Notes: generated by a model not told the origin, from the letters alone. DNA of 64,000 nucleotides from Candidatus Caldarchaeum sp. (GCA_038885755.1 JAVZZH010000001.1:288001-352000), one strand, 5' to 3'. Shown: positions 9,670 through 19,566, counted from the stretch's first letter. Numbers and translations are program-made.

Positions 9670-10020
9670 ATGGAGTCAAAGCTGGAGACATACTCGCTCA
9701 AGATTACGGAGAGAGCAGCTAGGAAGATAGCCCAGCTGATCGCCGAGGAGAAGAACGACAAGCTTGCCTTGAGAATATACATAACGGGAGGGGGCTGCTC
9801 CGGCTACAGGTATGGCATGGCCTTGGACGAGAACGTTTACGACGACGACAGGGTCGTCGAGGCTTACGGCGTAAGGGTGGTGGTGGACTCGTTCAGCGCT
9901 CCTTTCCTAGAGGGCTCTGAGATCGACTATGTCGAGGACGTGATGGGGTCTGGGTTTTCCATCAACAACCCCAACGTCGCCTCCACATGCGGGTGCGGCC
10001 ACTCGTTCAGCATGAAATGA
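9670..10020 (+). CDS. A-type Fe-S carrier (IscA/ErpA/HesB family)
   Basis: GGGCSGY, NPN...TCGCGHSF; start at ATG 9670. Confidence 0.94.
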   Translation: MESKLETYSLKITERAARKIAQLIAEEKNDKLALRIYITGGGCSGYRYGMALDENVYDDDRVVEAYGVRVVVDSFSAPFLEGSEIDYVEDVMGSGFSINNPNVASTCGCGHSFSMK

Positions 10021-10475
10021 AGCCCGAGCCCGGGGACAAGGCCCCCGACTTCTCGGCACCCGACCAAGACGGTCGAGTGAGAAGCCTTAAAGAATTGCTG
10101 CAGGGCTATAAGGCTCTCGTTCTATATTTCTACCCTAAGGACGACACGCCGGGATGCACCACCGAGGCCTGTGGCTTCCGAGACTCGATGACGAAGCTCA
10201 AGAGCCGGAACGTTAACGTCGTGGGCGTCAGCGTCGACGACGCGGAATCTCACAGGAAGTTCATTTCGAAGTACGGCCTCAACTTCACGCTCCTCTCGGA
10301 CCAAAGCGGTAGGGTTGCGTCCCTTTACAACTCCTACAGCATGGAGAGGGGTAGGTGCGTCCGCAAGACGTTCGTCATAGACGCGGAAGGAGTAATCAGA
10401 GCTGCCTTCCATAAGGTCAAAGCTGAGGGCCACGCGGAGGAAGTTCTCTCAAAGCTCAAGGAGCTGGGGCTCTGA
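10017..10475 (+). CDS. bcp: Peroxiredoxin (BCP/PrxQ)
   Basis: YFYPKDDTPGCTTEAC; ATGA overlap with the upstream gene. Confidence 0.95.
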   Translation: MKPEPGDKAPDFSAPDQDGRVRSLKELLQGYKALVLYFYPKDDTPGCTTEACGFRDSMTKLKSRNVNVVGVSVDDAESHRKFISKYGLNFTLLSDQSGRVASLYNSYSMERGRCVRKTFVIDAEGVIRAAFHKVKAEGHAEEVLSKLKELGL

Positions 10476-11154
10476 CCTTCTCTGCGTAGTATCTGCAGAA
10501 GGATGTTATAGGGCAGATCTGGCATCTCGGCCTAGGCTTCCTGCAAACCTCTCGGCCGAAGTTGACGAACGTCATGTTGATGAGGCGTACCTCTTCTGCA
10601 GCGGCCAGCTTCTTGAGCGCGTCTCTTATCTCCTCGTAGCCCGCCTTCGCATCCACTACGCCCAACCTCTTCGCCACAGTCTCCACATGCGTGTCCACAG
10701 CCACCTCCGGCATCCCGTACGCCACAGACAGAACTATGTCAGCCGACTTCGGACCGACTCCGGGAAGCTTCATCAACTCATCCCTGTCAGAGGGGACAAC
10801 GCCGCTTTTCTCGAAAGCTATTATCCTCGCTATCTGCTTGACCCTCCTAGCCTTCTGCCTGTAGAAGCCCACATCCTTGATGAGCTTAGTAATCTCTCTG
10901 ACATCGGCTTCAGCCAGCTCTCTTGGGCTCCGGAACCTCTTCCGAAGATTTTTATAAGCTCTGTCCGTCATCTCGTCCCGGGTTCTGTGCGACAGCACGG
11001 CGCCTATCAACACCCAGAAAGCATCCTTGCCCGAGACGTGGAAGGGAGGGTCTCGTGGGCCGTACCTCTGCCTCAGCAGGTTCAACACGGTCCGGAACTC
11101 CTCCGGCTTCAACACAATCACGGTTGATGGGGCTCTCCGACGGATAAACCTCAT
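10456..11154 (-). CDS. nth: Endonuclease III (HhH-GPD glycosylase, 4Fe-4S)
   Basis: LPGVGPKSA, AVDTHV, Cx6Cx2Cx5C. Confidence 0.93.
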   Translation of the reverse strand: MRFIRRRAPSTVIVLKPEEFRTVLNLLRQRYGPRDPPFHVSGKDAFWVLIGAVLSHRTRDEMTDRAYKNLRKRFRSPRELAEADVREITKLIKDVGFYRQKARRVKQIARIIAFEKSGVVPSDRDELMKLPGVGPKSADIVLSVAYGMPEVAVDTHVETVAKRLGVVDAKAGYEEIRDALKKLAAAEEVRLINMTFVNFGREVCRKPRPRCQICPITSFCRYYAEKVRAPAP

Positions 11155-11202
11155 CCTTGTTGATGCGATAGTTTTTTATTAACGCCGTGAAAGCTAGCAA
11201 GC

Positions 11203-11808
11203 ATGAGGAAGTATACTCTTCCAAGCCTGCCGTATGCCTACAACGCTCTCGAACCCGTCATATCGGCTGAAATAATGACCCTGCATCACACGAAGCATCA
11301 TCAGGCCTACGTCAACGGAGCCAACGCGTGCCTAGAACGGTTGGAGAAGGCCCGGAAGGGCGAGAACCCCGAGAACATACGTGGAATACTGCGGGACCTC
11401 AGCTTCAACCTCAGCGGCCACAAGCTGCACGCCGTCTTCTGGCCCAACATGGCTCCACCCGGCAAGGGAGGGGGAAGGCCCGGCGGAAGCATCGCCGACC
11501 AGATCAACAAGGATTTCGGAGACTTCGAATCTTTCAAAAAGCAGTTCAGCGACGCCGCCAAGAACGTCGAGGCTGTTGGATGGGCTGTCCTCACCTACGA
11601 CGCGGAGTCAGACGCCCTAGTCATATACCAGGTTGAGAAGCAGAACTTCATGCATCCGCCTGAGCTGCCCCTACTTCTAACTCTGGACGTCTGGGAGCAC
11701 GCCTACTATCTACAGTACAAGAACGACCGAGCCTCTTACGTCGACAGCTGGTGGAACGTCGTCAACTGGGATGACGTTGACAGGAGGTTCTCGAAGGCGA
11801 AAGCCTAA
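11203..11808 (+). CDS. sod: Fe/Mn superoxide dismutase
   Basis: LPYAYNALEP, HHTKHHQAY, DVWEHAYY. Confidence 0.97.
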   Translation: MRKYTLPSLPYAYNALEPVISAEIMTLHHTKHHQAYVNGANACLERLEKARKGENPENIRGILRDLSFNLSGHKLHAVFWPNMAPPGKGGGRPGGSIADQINKDFGDFESFKKQFSDAAKNVEAVGWAVLTYDAESDALVIYQVEKQNFMHPPELPLLLTLDVWEHAYYLQYKNDRASYVDSWWNVVNWDDVDRRFSKAKA

Positions 11809-11810
11809 AC

Positions 11811-13007
11811 CTATTTCTTAACCAGCCGATGGCAGAACGCCATGGCTAGGACCGTGACGGCTGTGCACATGGCGACGAGGCTGGGCACTCCCCACACCTC
11901 TAAAACTATCCCCGAGACGAATGGGATTACTATGGACGAGCCCGCTGTCGCTGCGTCGGCGAAGCCTGTCAAACCTCCTCTCTCGCCGGGCGTCGTTAGG
12001 TCCGCTATGTAGGCCGAAGAAGACACCCATACCGCGCTCCAGCCGAGGCCGACGAGGAAAAGGGCTGTTGCGACGACCGGGAACAAGTCCGATGCGAGGA
12101 TCATGACGGTTCCAGCTCCCTCCAGACCTAGCCCCGTCGTCATCAGGGCGACACGTCCATACCTGTCCGAGAGCCTGCCAATAGGTATGGAGAAAGCATA
12201 CATTCCCAAGACGTGAATCATGACGACCGTGGATATCTCAACGGCGGTGTAGTGATGGCCGTACATGACCACGGTGTTGAGCGACATCACCGCAACCATG
12301 ACGCCCGTGGAGGCTGCTGCAGCAAGCACAGCCGTCATGATGGCCGGGTTAGCAGCCATCCGCAAACCGGTCGAACGGGCTTGGTCCGGGTTGCTGAGCT
12401 GTTTGGCCAGCTTCAGCGGTTCTGGCCACACCATCAAAGCCACGGCGGCTCCTGCGGCTGCTATGACTATCGCGTAGTTGAGGGAGTCGACGATGTTTGA
12501 TATGATTGAGGGGTTGAGCTGCGACGTGCTGTATATCAGCAACGGAGCTGTGAGTGTTCCTGCTATGCTGGCGGTCAGGAGCAAGCCTGTTCCAAACCCT
12601 CTCTTTTCGGGCGGAAGTAGGTCGGCCACGGCCACTCTTGTAAACTCGACCATCCCCCGGGCCACGCCGTACAGCATCAGGCTGCTCAGGAAGAGAACGA
12701 GCCTGTAGCTAGATAGAGCGAGAGCGGCGATGGACAGAGACACGGCCGCCAGAGCCATTCCACCTGCTATGACGGGCCTCCTGCCCACCCTGTCCATCAA
12801 CACCCCCATCTGTAAAGTGCTGACCAAACGCCCTCCCCACACGAAAGCCATCCCCAGTCCCGCCAGAGAGGGCGAGCCCCCTAGGAGGAGGATGGATATG
12901 GGGGCGTAAACTATGAGAACTTGGACTATGAGGGTGTTGAGCGCTTGAGCCGCCGCCAGAAGCCCTGTGTTCCTAGCTGTCGTCAGACGCAGGCCGGCTA
13001 TCCTCAA
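11811..13007 (-). CDS. MFS transporter
   Basis: About 12 hydrophobic segments; motif A GVLMDRVGRR and GRLSDRYGR. Confidence 0.9.
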   Translation of the reverse strand: MRIAGLRLTTARNTGLLAAAQALNTLIVQVLIVYAPISILLLGGSPSLAGLGMAFVWGGRLVSTLQMGVLMDRVGRRPVIAGGMALAAVSLSIAALALSSYRLVLFLSSLMLYGVARGMVEFTRVAVADLLPPEKRGFGTGLLLTASIAGTLTAPLLIYSTSQLNPSIISNIVDSLNYAIVIAAAGAAVALMVWPEPLKLAKQLSNPDQARSTGLRMAANPAIMTAVLAAAASTGVMVAVMSLNTVVMYGHHYTAVEISTVVMIHVLGMYAFSIPIGRLSDRYGRVALMTTGLGLEGAGTVMILASDLFPVVATALFLVGLGWSAVWVSSSAYIADLTTPGERGGLTGFADAATAGSSIVIPFVSGIVLEVWGVPSLVAMCTAVTVLAMAFCHRLVKK

Positions 13008-14061
13008 CCTTTCGTAAACCTCCGGCAGCCCTAGCCTTCCTCATATAAAATTGCATCGGACTCCTGACTCCACCGCACAGCCTTCCCTCCTCTATGCAGA
13101 GACCATGTGCTTGAATAGTTGCGCAGCGGGGAACGGAATACTTGGTCCTGCTGCCCTTGAGGCCTGCGATGTGCTCGACTTGGTAGCGTGCTATACGTGG
13201 GTCAAAGTCTCCTCTCTGAGAATACGCCGCCACCACCTCATCAACCCCCACGCCTATCTTCAGCATGAACGCGGCGAGGGTGAAGTTGGCGAAGTGGCTT
13301 ATCGGCTCTCCGGCCAGCAGCCGGGTTCTAAGGGCTTTCATGCATGGAGGCCAGTTTTCTGGCCCCAGCCTAACTGACGGAAGTTTGTCTGAGATGGTTA
13401 GGGACTCGAGGGCTTTTCTCAGACGGCTGACGTGTTCTTTCAGGAATTCGGGGGGCTCGACCTTGCCGACTTTGTCAAGCCTTTCGTAGACGAGCATCTC
13501 CAGCCCGTTCTTGACGAGTGTCATCGCCTCTGGTCTTGAAACGCCTACGTATCCTTTGTCGACAAGCCTGTTAACCAGCTTGAAACGCGGCTCGTTAAGG
13601 TTTACGGATATCTTCAGGTAGTCTGGAAAATGTATCCAGAATTCATGGGGATGCGTGCCTAGACGGACGTTCATCCCGAGAACTCTAGACATGACGTAGT
13701 GGATCACCTGCCTCTGCCCCTCCCGCACGTTCTTAATCATGCCGGCGTACCTTTCGGCTTCATAGGCTGCGAACCTTCTTTTTGCGACGGCGCTGTCGAG
13801 CATAGCCACCACGGCCATGGCGAGGGGGTGCGAAAGAATCTCCACATCCGACGGCAGGTCGGCTAAAGCCATCCTGCCCGGACTCTTAGACAACGCCTCC
13901 TCAACCCTCCTAACTGCCGTCTCGACCAGAACGTCAGCGTCGGCGAAGTCCTCAAGCCTCAGGTTGAGCGAGGCCACGTATCCCCTTATCTCCTTGAGGA
14001 ACGGGAACTTCGACAAGAACGCCTCGACAACGTATTCGTCCTCCGCCAACCCCTCCAACAA
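12973..14061 (-). CDS. priL: DNA primase large subunit
   Basis: KFPFL, FKLVNR.V..GYV, WPPCM, RYQVEHIAG, YSVPRC...GLC Fe-S domain. Confidence 0.92.
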   Translation of the reverse strand: MLEGLAEDEYVVEAFLSKFPFLKEIRGYVASLNLRLEDFADADVLVETAVRRVEEALSKSPGRMALADLPSDVEILSHPLAMAVVAMLDSAVAKRRFAAYEAERYAGMIKNVREGQRQVIHYVMSRVLGMNVRLGTHPHEFWIHFPDYLKISVNLNEPRFKLVNRLVDKGYVGVSRPEAMTLVKNGLEMLVYERLDKVGKVEPPEFLKEHVSRLRKALESLTISDKLPSVRLGPENWPPCMKALRTRLLAGEPISHFANFTLAAFMLKIGVGVDEVVAAYSQRGDFDPRIARYQVEHIAGLKGSRTKYSVPRCATIQAHGLCIEEGRLCGGVRSPMQFYMRKARAAGGLRKVEDSRPASDDS

Positions 14062-14088
14062 TACAACTAGATGAATAAATTCATACCC

Positions 14089-14541
14089 TTATGTAAGCCT
14101 GCTGGTGTCGAAGCCGTGGTGTTTTTTAAGCCACGACGCCTCATTAAGCAGGTCCAACCTGTCGAGCTTGTGTACAAGACGGGCCTCGGGCGAGCTGCGG
14201 CTCAGGTACTCGCTGTACAGCTCAGCGTACCGCTGCCTCAGACCGGGCGGCAGGCCTTGGATGAGCTGGTTTAAGACCGACTTCTCGACAACCTTCAGAA
14301 GCCTAGGCCTAATCTTCCTCTTCAAGGCGGGAGTCAGGTCTCCAAGGTAGCTCTCGGGAAGGTCGTGGATTAAAGCCATCTCGACGGCTTTCAATACGTC
14401 GAGGTTTCTCCTCGAGGCCTCAACCATAGCCAGCAAGGCTACTCCGTAGCTGTGGCTGGCGACTGTCTCAGCCCGTTTGACGCCCAGCTCAACCCATCCA
14501 GACCGGGGCAGTCTTTTGAGGATGGCGACCGCTGTCTTCAG
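14089..14541 (-). CDS. HD-domain phosphohydrolase (YfbR/HDDC2-like 5'-deoxynucleotidase); probable CTG start
   Basis: LK...R.GW, ETVASHS, HDLPE...GD, EARLV..LDRLD. Confidence 0.85.
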   Translation of the reverse strand: MKTAVAILKRLPRSGWVELGVKRAETVASHSYGVALLAMVEASRRNLDVLKAVEMALIHDLPESYLGDLTPALKRKIRPRLLKVVEKSVLNQLIQGLPPGLRQRYAELYSEYLSRSSPEARLVHKLDRLDLLNEASWLKKHHGFDTSRLT

Positions 14542-15776
14542 CCAACGGCTCGGATCCTTCTCAGCAGCTTCTCCAGCCCCGTGCTGTACTGGAGGGCCTT
14601 CTTCTCCACCTCCGCTAACTCCCCCAGGCCTACGACCCTGCATGCTTCACGAAGTATTTTCTTCCTTACAACCTTTCCATTTTCAAACGACAGCTTCAAG
14701 CTTAGGGGTGTGCCTAAAGCAGCCTCCACCACACTCCTGCACAGGTAAGGCGTTATCAAGTATGCTCCCGCGGACCGGACAGCCAAGAAGTCTCGGGGTA
14801 GCCCGAACTCGTTGAGCTTGTGAAAATCATCCATCATCATTCTCTCCACGGCTTTAGGACCGTGCTCAACCAAGGCTTTGCCGTACTTCATGTATCCGCC
14901 GAAGAGCTCGTCAGCACCCTGTCCAGAGACCGAGGCCAAGCATCCCGATTCCACTGCCTTAGCCGCAAGCATCTTCATCGCCACAGATATCGATGCATCC
15001 ATGAGCTTCATGCTGCCCAGCCAGACCTCCAGCTCCTTAAGAGCCTGTTTGACGTCGTTGGGCTCAGCCTCGACCCGGACAACATCCATCCCGAGAACCT
15101 CCGCAGCCCTGAGACTTCTGACGAAGTCGGAGCTGCCTCTGACGCCTAAGGTGAAAAGCTTGGGCTTAAGCCCGTTGTCTAGCCCCAGCTTAGCCAGCAG
15201 GAGGCTGTCCAGCCCGCCTGAGAAGAAGACGGCGTGTGTTTTGGGGCAGAGTCGCCTTATGCAGTAGGATAGATTGTTCAAAAGAGTTTCGGGCCCCGCC
15301 TCCACGGGGTTTAGCCTAGTTGTATGAAAGGCTTGGTTTGAAAGCAGCTTCAGCAGCGTTGCAGGCGGAAGAGGGCTTGGGCTGCTGGCCCACGCCGAAG
15401 CTTCGGCAGGCATGTTCGTGGCAATTCTAGCCCTGCCGTCGACGACGTAAACGGGCACGAGGCCTGCGTGATCCCTGAAGACGATGACGTCATCCTCGAC
15501 CACAACGCCTGCGTAAAAACCGTCAAAACTACGCAAAGCATCCATACGCCCGGGCTGCACAACCTCCTCCGCAAAACTTCTCGGGCTAGGGCCTAAAGCC
15601 TGCACCACGGCTTTGTCGAAGTCAGCCTCGTAGTAAGTTTCAGCGGACACCCCCTCTCCCGAGACGTAGAGGCAGGCCGCCGCCCCTCCCTGCAGACGGA
15701 CGACGTGAGAACGCTCAGGCTCGAACGTCCTCGGCCTCGTCTCCCCGTCCCCGACAGAGGCCAGAAAACGTATCAT
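14538..15776 (-). CDS. Asparagine-synthetase-like N-type ATP pyrophosphatase with degenerate glutaminase domain
   Basis: RDHAG..P.Y, FSGGLDS, SGQGADELFGGY, KKILR, KKALQYSTG; no N-terminal Cys1. Confidence 0.85.
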   Translation of the reverse strand: MIRFLASVGDGETRPRTFEPERSHVVRLQGGAAACLYVSGEGVSAETYYEADFDKAVVQALGPSPRSFAEEVVQPGRMDALRSFDGFYAGVVVEDDVIVFRDHAGLVPVYVVDGRARIATNMPAEASAWASSPSPLPPATLLKLLSNQAFHTTRLNPVEAGPETLLNNLSYCIRRLCPKTHAVFFSGGLDSLLLAKLGLDNGLKPKLFTLGVRGSSDFVRSLRAAEVLGMDVVRVEAEPNDVKQALKELEVWLGSMKLMDASISVAMKMLAAKAVESGCLASVSGQGADELFGGYMKYGKALVEHGPKAVERMMMDDFHKLNEFGLPRDFLAVRSAGAYLITPYLCRSVVEAALGTPLSLKLSFENGKVVRKKILREACRVVGLGELAEVEKKALQYSTGLEKLLRRIRAVG

Positions 15777-15835
15777 CGGACAGCCGGTGTACAAGCGTTA
15801 AAGGATTTATAAAACGTCGCCGGATTCTACGCTGG

Positions 15836-16006
15836 ATGGGTGAGGCCTGCAGCCACGTCCTCGAGTTCATAGGTGAGCAGAAGGCGGAGAACGGTGTCAA
15901 CAAGTATTTTAGATGCGTGAGGTGCGGCGACGTGTTTGTCCAAACAGCTGACGAGTCTAAAACCTACCGTATACCCGGTGTCAAGAACGTTCAAACGCCT
16001 AGGTGA
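15836..16006 (+). CDS. 56-aa Zn-ribbon microprotein (absent from ORF track)
   Basis: MGEACSHVLEF...YFRCVRCGDVF...PR*; CxH and CxxC pairs; TTTATAAA box at ~15806 placed for a leaderless transcript. Confidence 0.75.
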   Translation: MGEACSHVLEFIGEQKAENGVNKYFRCVRCGDVFVQTADESKTYRIPGVKNVQTPR

Positions 16007-16461
16007 AGCTCGTCGGCGGTCAACCCTACCGCGTGGAAGACCTCCTCCCCCACCCTCGCCAGCTCCTCCCTGTGTTTTTGTTTGAGCGAGTTGTAGACAC
16101 GGTAGAAGACCTGCCTGACCCTCTCAACCCGCTCGAACAGTTCGGCGGCGTTGCGGTATGTCTCGGTCTTCAGCTTCAGCTTCTTCGCCCCATCTTCCTG
16201 TATGCTGATGAAATACCTTATCCTGCCCGGAAGGCTCAGGAAGCTCTGGAACACACCTTCGACGGCATCGGCCTCAGCCTCGACGAGGACTGAGTAGCTC
16301 CGTCTCCGGCCGTTCTCAACCTTCACCACGTCTATCGCGAAACCGCATCTTCCGAACCGGTTGTAGATTATCTTCTCCCGGGGATAGTGTCTGTGAGTAG
16401 CCAACCCAACCACTCCCTCCGACTCCACCAGCTTAACAATCTCGTCGACGATTTCGGACAT
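15991..16461 (-). CDS. Hypothetical protein
   Basis: 156-aa ORF with typical codon usage, ATG start, fills the gap divergent from rpl3. Confidence 0.75.
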   Translation of the reverse strand: MSEIVDEIVKLVESEGVVGLATHRHYPREKIIYNRFGRCGFAIDVVKVENGRRRSYSVLVEAEADAVEGVFQSFLSLPGRIRYFISIQEDGAKKLKLKTETYRNAAELFERVERVRQVFYRVYNSLKQKHREELARVGEEVFHAVGLTADELHLGV

Positions 16462-16558
16462 GGTGGTTTACTTGATTTACGGCTGAAGATAAGTGTTGGG
16501 CTGAGAAGCCGTTAAGGTTTTTATCATACACGCCAGCAGCCACGTCAGGTAGTCTGGA

Positions 16559-17524
16559 ATGGGTAGGCGTAAGTACTCTAGGCCGAGGCACGGCTCTCTA
16601 GCATACCTGCCCAGGGGGAGGTCTAGAAGCCTTCTCCCCAGGGTCAAGCACTGGCCCGACAGTCGTGAGGGACCGCTCGGCTTCATAGTCTACAAGGTCG
16701 GCATGACTTCTGTACATTACATCGACAACAGGCCTGGGTCTCCGACCCAGGGAAGCGAGGTCGTCTCGCCTGCCACCGTCGTAGCGGCTCCGCCTCTCAA
16801 GGTCATCGGCTTGTCTCTGTACGCTGAGAAGGACGGAAGACTGGTCAACGTCCTGAAGGCCTGGAGCAGCCAAGGAGTTGAGGATGTTGTCCGGAGGAAC
16901 CCGACGTTCAAGCCGACCCCCGGTCCTGAAGCGGTTGAGGAGTTGCGTGAAGACTTGGCCGAGGTTCGGCTGGTGGTGGCGACGCAGCCGCGTCTTGTTG
17001 GAGCTGGCAAGAAGCCTAACATAGCCGAGATTAAACTGGGCGGCTCGCCCAGTCAAAGCCTGAAGAGGGGGCTGGAGCTTCTCGGCAAGGAGATCAGGAT
17101 TTCTGACGTCTTCAAGGACGGTGAGTTCGTCGACGTCGTGGGTGTGTCGAAGGGCAAGGGTTTTCAGGGTGTTGTTAAAAGGTACGGCGTCTCGATACTT
17201 CAGAGGAAGTCGAGGAAGACTAGGCGAGGAGTTGCCGCCATCGGGCCATGGAACCCTCACTACGTTATGTACACCGTTCCCAGGTCTGGTCAGATGGGCT
17301 ACCACAGAAGAACCGAATACAACAAACGTATCCTCAAGATAGGGTCGGACCCGAGCTCCGTCAACCCCAAGTCGGGATGGCACAGGTATGGTCTGGTGAG
17401 GACGGACTACGCACTCATCGAGGGAAGCCTGCCAGGCACGCCTCTCAGGCCTCTTGTCCTACGATGTCCTGCAAAGCCTCCAAAGCCCTTGGAGCCTCCG
17501 CAGATAAACTTGGTTGAGGTGTAG
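16559..17524 (+). CDS. rpl3: 50S ribosomal protein uL3
   Basis: PRHGSLAYLPR, YKVGMT, SKGKGFQG, GQMGYHRRTEYNK. Confidence 0.98.
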   Translation: MGRRKYSRPRHGSLAYLPRGRSRSLLPRVKHWPDSREGPLGFIVYKVGMTSVHYIDNRPGSPTQGSEVVSPATVVAAPPLKVIGLSLYAEKDGRLVNVLKAWSSQGVEDVVRRNPTFKPTPGPEAVEELREDLAEVRLVVATQPRLVGAGKKPNIAEIKLGGSPSQSLKRGLELLGKEIRISDVFKDGEFVDVVGVSKGKGFQGVVKRYGVSILQRKSRKTRRGVAAIGPWNPHYVMYTVPRSGQMGYHRRTEYNKRILKIGSDPSSVNPKSGWHRYGLVRTDYALIEGSLPGTPLRPLVLRCPAKPPKPLEPPQINLVEV

Positions 17525-17528
17525 CGTG

Positions 17529-18347
17529 ATGGACTTCACGGCCTCTATTCTGGTTCAAAAACCGCGTACGCTCGAGGTGCCGGTGTATCAGGCGGACGGA
17601 GTGAAGAGCGGATCCGTAGCCCTGCCCAGAGCATTCACCGCACCCATGCGGGAGGACTTGGTCCGAAGGGCTTATCTGCACTTGGCGACACACCGGCTCC
17701 AGCCCAAAGGAGCTTCAAAGATATCGGGGCACAAGCATTCAGTCGAGTCTTGGGGGCCGGGGTTCGGCATGGCCCGCATCTCAAGGATACGCGGACGTGG
17801 AACACCCAAGTACGGGTCAGGGGGAATGGTTCCGTCAGCCGTTGGAGGTAGGCCTACTCATCCGCCCGTGCCTGAAAAAAGAATACACAAGGCCTTGAAC
17901 AAGAAGGAGCTACGGAACGCATTTCTCTCAGCCCTCGCATTCACCACGTCCAGCGAGAAGGTTAGAGAAAGGGGGCACCGAATACCAGCTGAAACACCAC
18001 TCCCCATAGTCGTCGACGATGCTGTAGAGGAAATCGCCAAGACTAGAGAGGTTAAAAACCTTCTGAACAGCTTGGGGCTGGCGGACGAGCTTCGGAGATG
18101 CGTGCGGGTCAAGATAAGGCCCGGCAGGGGCAAGATGAGGGGCAGGATTTACAAGCGGAGGCGCGGCCCTCTGCTGGTTGTTTCGAAGAAGTGCGTCCTC
18201 GCCAAAGCCGCTGAGAACATAGAGGGAGTTGACGTTGTTGAGGCTAGAAACCTCAGCGTCCTCGACCTCGCTCCGGGCGGTCATCCAGGCAGGCTGGCCA
18301 TCTTCACAAAATCGGCGCTCAACGTTCTGGGTGAGAGGCTGGAATGA
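17529..18347 (+). CDS. rpl4: 50S ribosomal protein uL4
   Basis: [38 protein letters not shown]. Confidence 0.97.
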   Translation: MDFTASILVQKPRTLEVPVYQADGVKSGSVALPRAFTAPMREDLVRRAYLHLATHRLQPKGASKISGHKHSVESWGPGFGMARISRIRGRGTPKYGSGGMVPSAVGGRPTHPPVPEKRIHKALNKKELRNAFLSALAFTTSSEKVRERGHRIPAETPLPIVVDDAVEEIAKTREVKNLLNSLGLADELRRCVRVKIRPGRGKMRGRIYKRRRGPLLVVSKKCVLAKAAENIEGVDVVEARNLSVLDLAPGGHPGRLAIFTKSALNVLGERLE

Positions 18348-18604
18348 ACCTTCAAGACGTGGTCAAGCGTGTTGTGATAACTCAGGACGCCGTCTCGCTC
18401 ATCGAGAAGGAGAACAAGCTCGTGTTCATAGTCGACTTGAAAGCCGACAAAAAGACCATCATGCGTGCAGTCGAGCATCTATACGAGGTTAAGGTCGAGA
18501 AGGTAAACACGCTGATAACGCCGAGGGGTGAGAAGAAAGCTTTCGTCAAGCTAAAGCCCGAGTACAAGGCGTCCGACCTAGCAGTAAAGCTTGGAATCTT
18601 CTGA
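18344..18604 (+). CDS. rpl23: 50S ribosomal protein uL23
   Basis: [14 protein letters not shown]...GEKKAFVKL. Confidence 0.97.
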   Translation: MNLQDVVKRVVITQDAVSLIEKENKLVFIVDLKADKKTIMRAVEHLYEVKVEKVNTLITPRGEKKAFVKLKPEYKASDLAVKLGIF

Positions 18605-18615
18605 GGTGGACAGGT

Positions 18616-19338
18616 ATGGGCAGGAACATAAGAGCTCAACGCATCGGCCGCGGCTCACCGCGCTTCATAGCCTCTAAACACCGCAAATACGAGGTGGGCT
18701 ATCCTACCAGCTTAATCAACTCGGGAGGGTTGACGACGGCGGTGGTCAGGGACATTCTCCACGACCCGGGCAGAGGAGCTCCTGTGGCTATCGTGGGCTA
18801 TGACGGCACGGAGTTCGCAGTTCCAGCTGTTGAGGGAATGTATGTTGGGCAGGTGATTGAGATGGGTGGTTCGGCGAAGCCTTCTGCGGGGAACATCGTC
18901 GTCCTAGGCAGCGTTCCAGAGGGAACCGTCGTGTCGATGGTTGAAAGGGTTCCCGGCGACGGTGGAAAGCTTGTGAGGACCTCGGGAGGCTACGCCGTTG
19001 TGATGGCTCAGGTCGGCGACAAGACGATCCTGCGAATGCCGTCCAAGAAAGACGTCGAAGTTTCGGCGAAGTCTCTGGCGGTGGTGGGCGTCGTAGCCGG
19101 CGGAGGCAGGAACGAGAAACCATTCCTCAAGGCCGGCGCGAAGCATCATTTGATGAGAGCCCGACACCGCTACTGGCCGAAGTCGAGGGGCGTGGCCATG
19201 GTTCCCGCCGTGCACCCGTTCGGCGGAGGAAGCCACAAGAGAATAGGAAGGCCCGAGACGGTGAAGCGCACAACTCCCCCTGGGAGGAAGGTGGGTTTGA
19301 TAGCCGCACGGAGGACTGGAAGGAAGAAGAAAGGCTGA
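18616..19338 (+). CDS. rpl2: 50S ribosomal protein uL2
   Basis: HDPGRGAP, GDGGKL.R.SG, RGVAM...HPFGGG, PPGRKVG. Confidence 0.98.
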   Translation: MGRNIRAQRIGRGSPRFIASKHRKYEVGYPTSLINSGGLTTAVVRDILHDPGRGAPVAIVGYDGTEFAVPAVEGMYVGQVIEMGGSAKPSAGNIVVLGSVPEGTVVSMVERVPGDGGKLVRTSGGYAVVMAQVGDKTILRMPSKKDVEVSAKSLAVVGVVAGGGRNEKPFLKAGAKHHLMRARHRYWPKSRGVAMVPAVHPFGGGSHKRIGRPETVKRTTPPGRKVGLIAARRTGRKKKG

Positions 19339-19409
19339 AACAAAGAACCGAAATACCTATGTTTGAAAGGATATTTCAGAGTTCTGGCAGATTAGGAAGG
19401 GGGAGGTAA

Positions 19410-19550
19410 GGAAGCCGGAGACCACCCACTTGGCGGTGTTCGCTCTGCTCATGGGCGTGGGTTTGGATGCGGGGGCTTTCGGCAGCTTGGCTGTTCCGCT
19501 GGGCTCCGGAGAAACGGGTTCCGGGCGGGCGTCGCATGATGCTCGGCTCC
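19410..19550. ncRNA. Candidate structured non-coding RNA (unassigned)
   Basis: GC-rich stretch in the 260-bp rpl2-rps19 gap; complementary ends (GGAAGCCGGAG / CTCGGCTCC) and internal stems CCCAC/GTGGG, GGCAGC/GCTGTT, CCGGA/TCCGG. Confidence 0.3.
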
Positions 19551-19566
19551 ATATGTTAGTTCATGT

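Noticed and set aside
19410-19550. 5S rRNA, SRP RNA, RNase P RNA or a split-tRNA half
   Set aside because: It lacks the conserved CGAAC/AAGUUAAG, SRP helix-8, P4 GAGGAAAGUCC and T-loop motifs; kept only as an unassigned candidate
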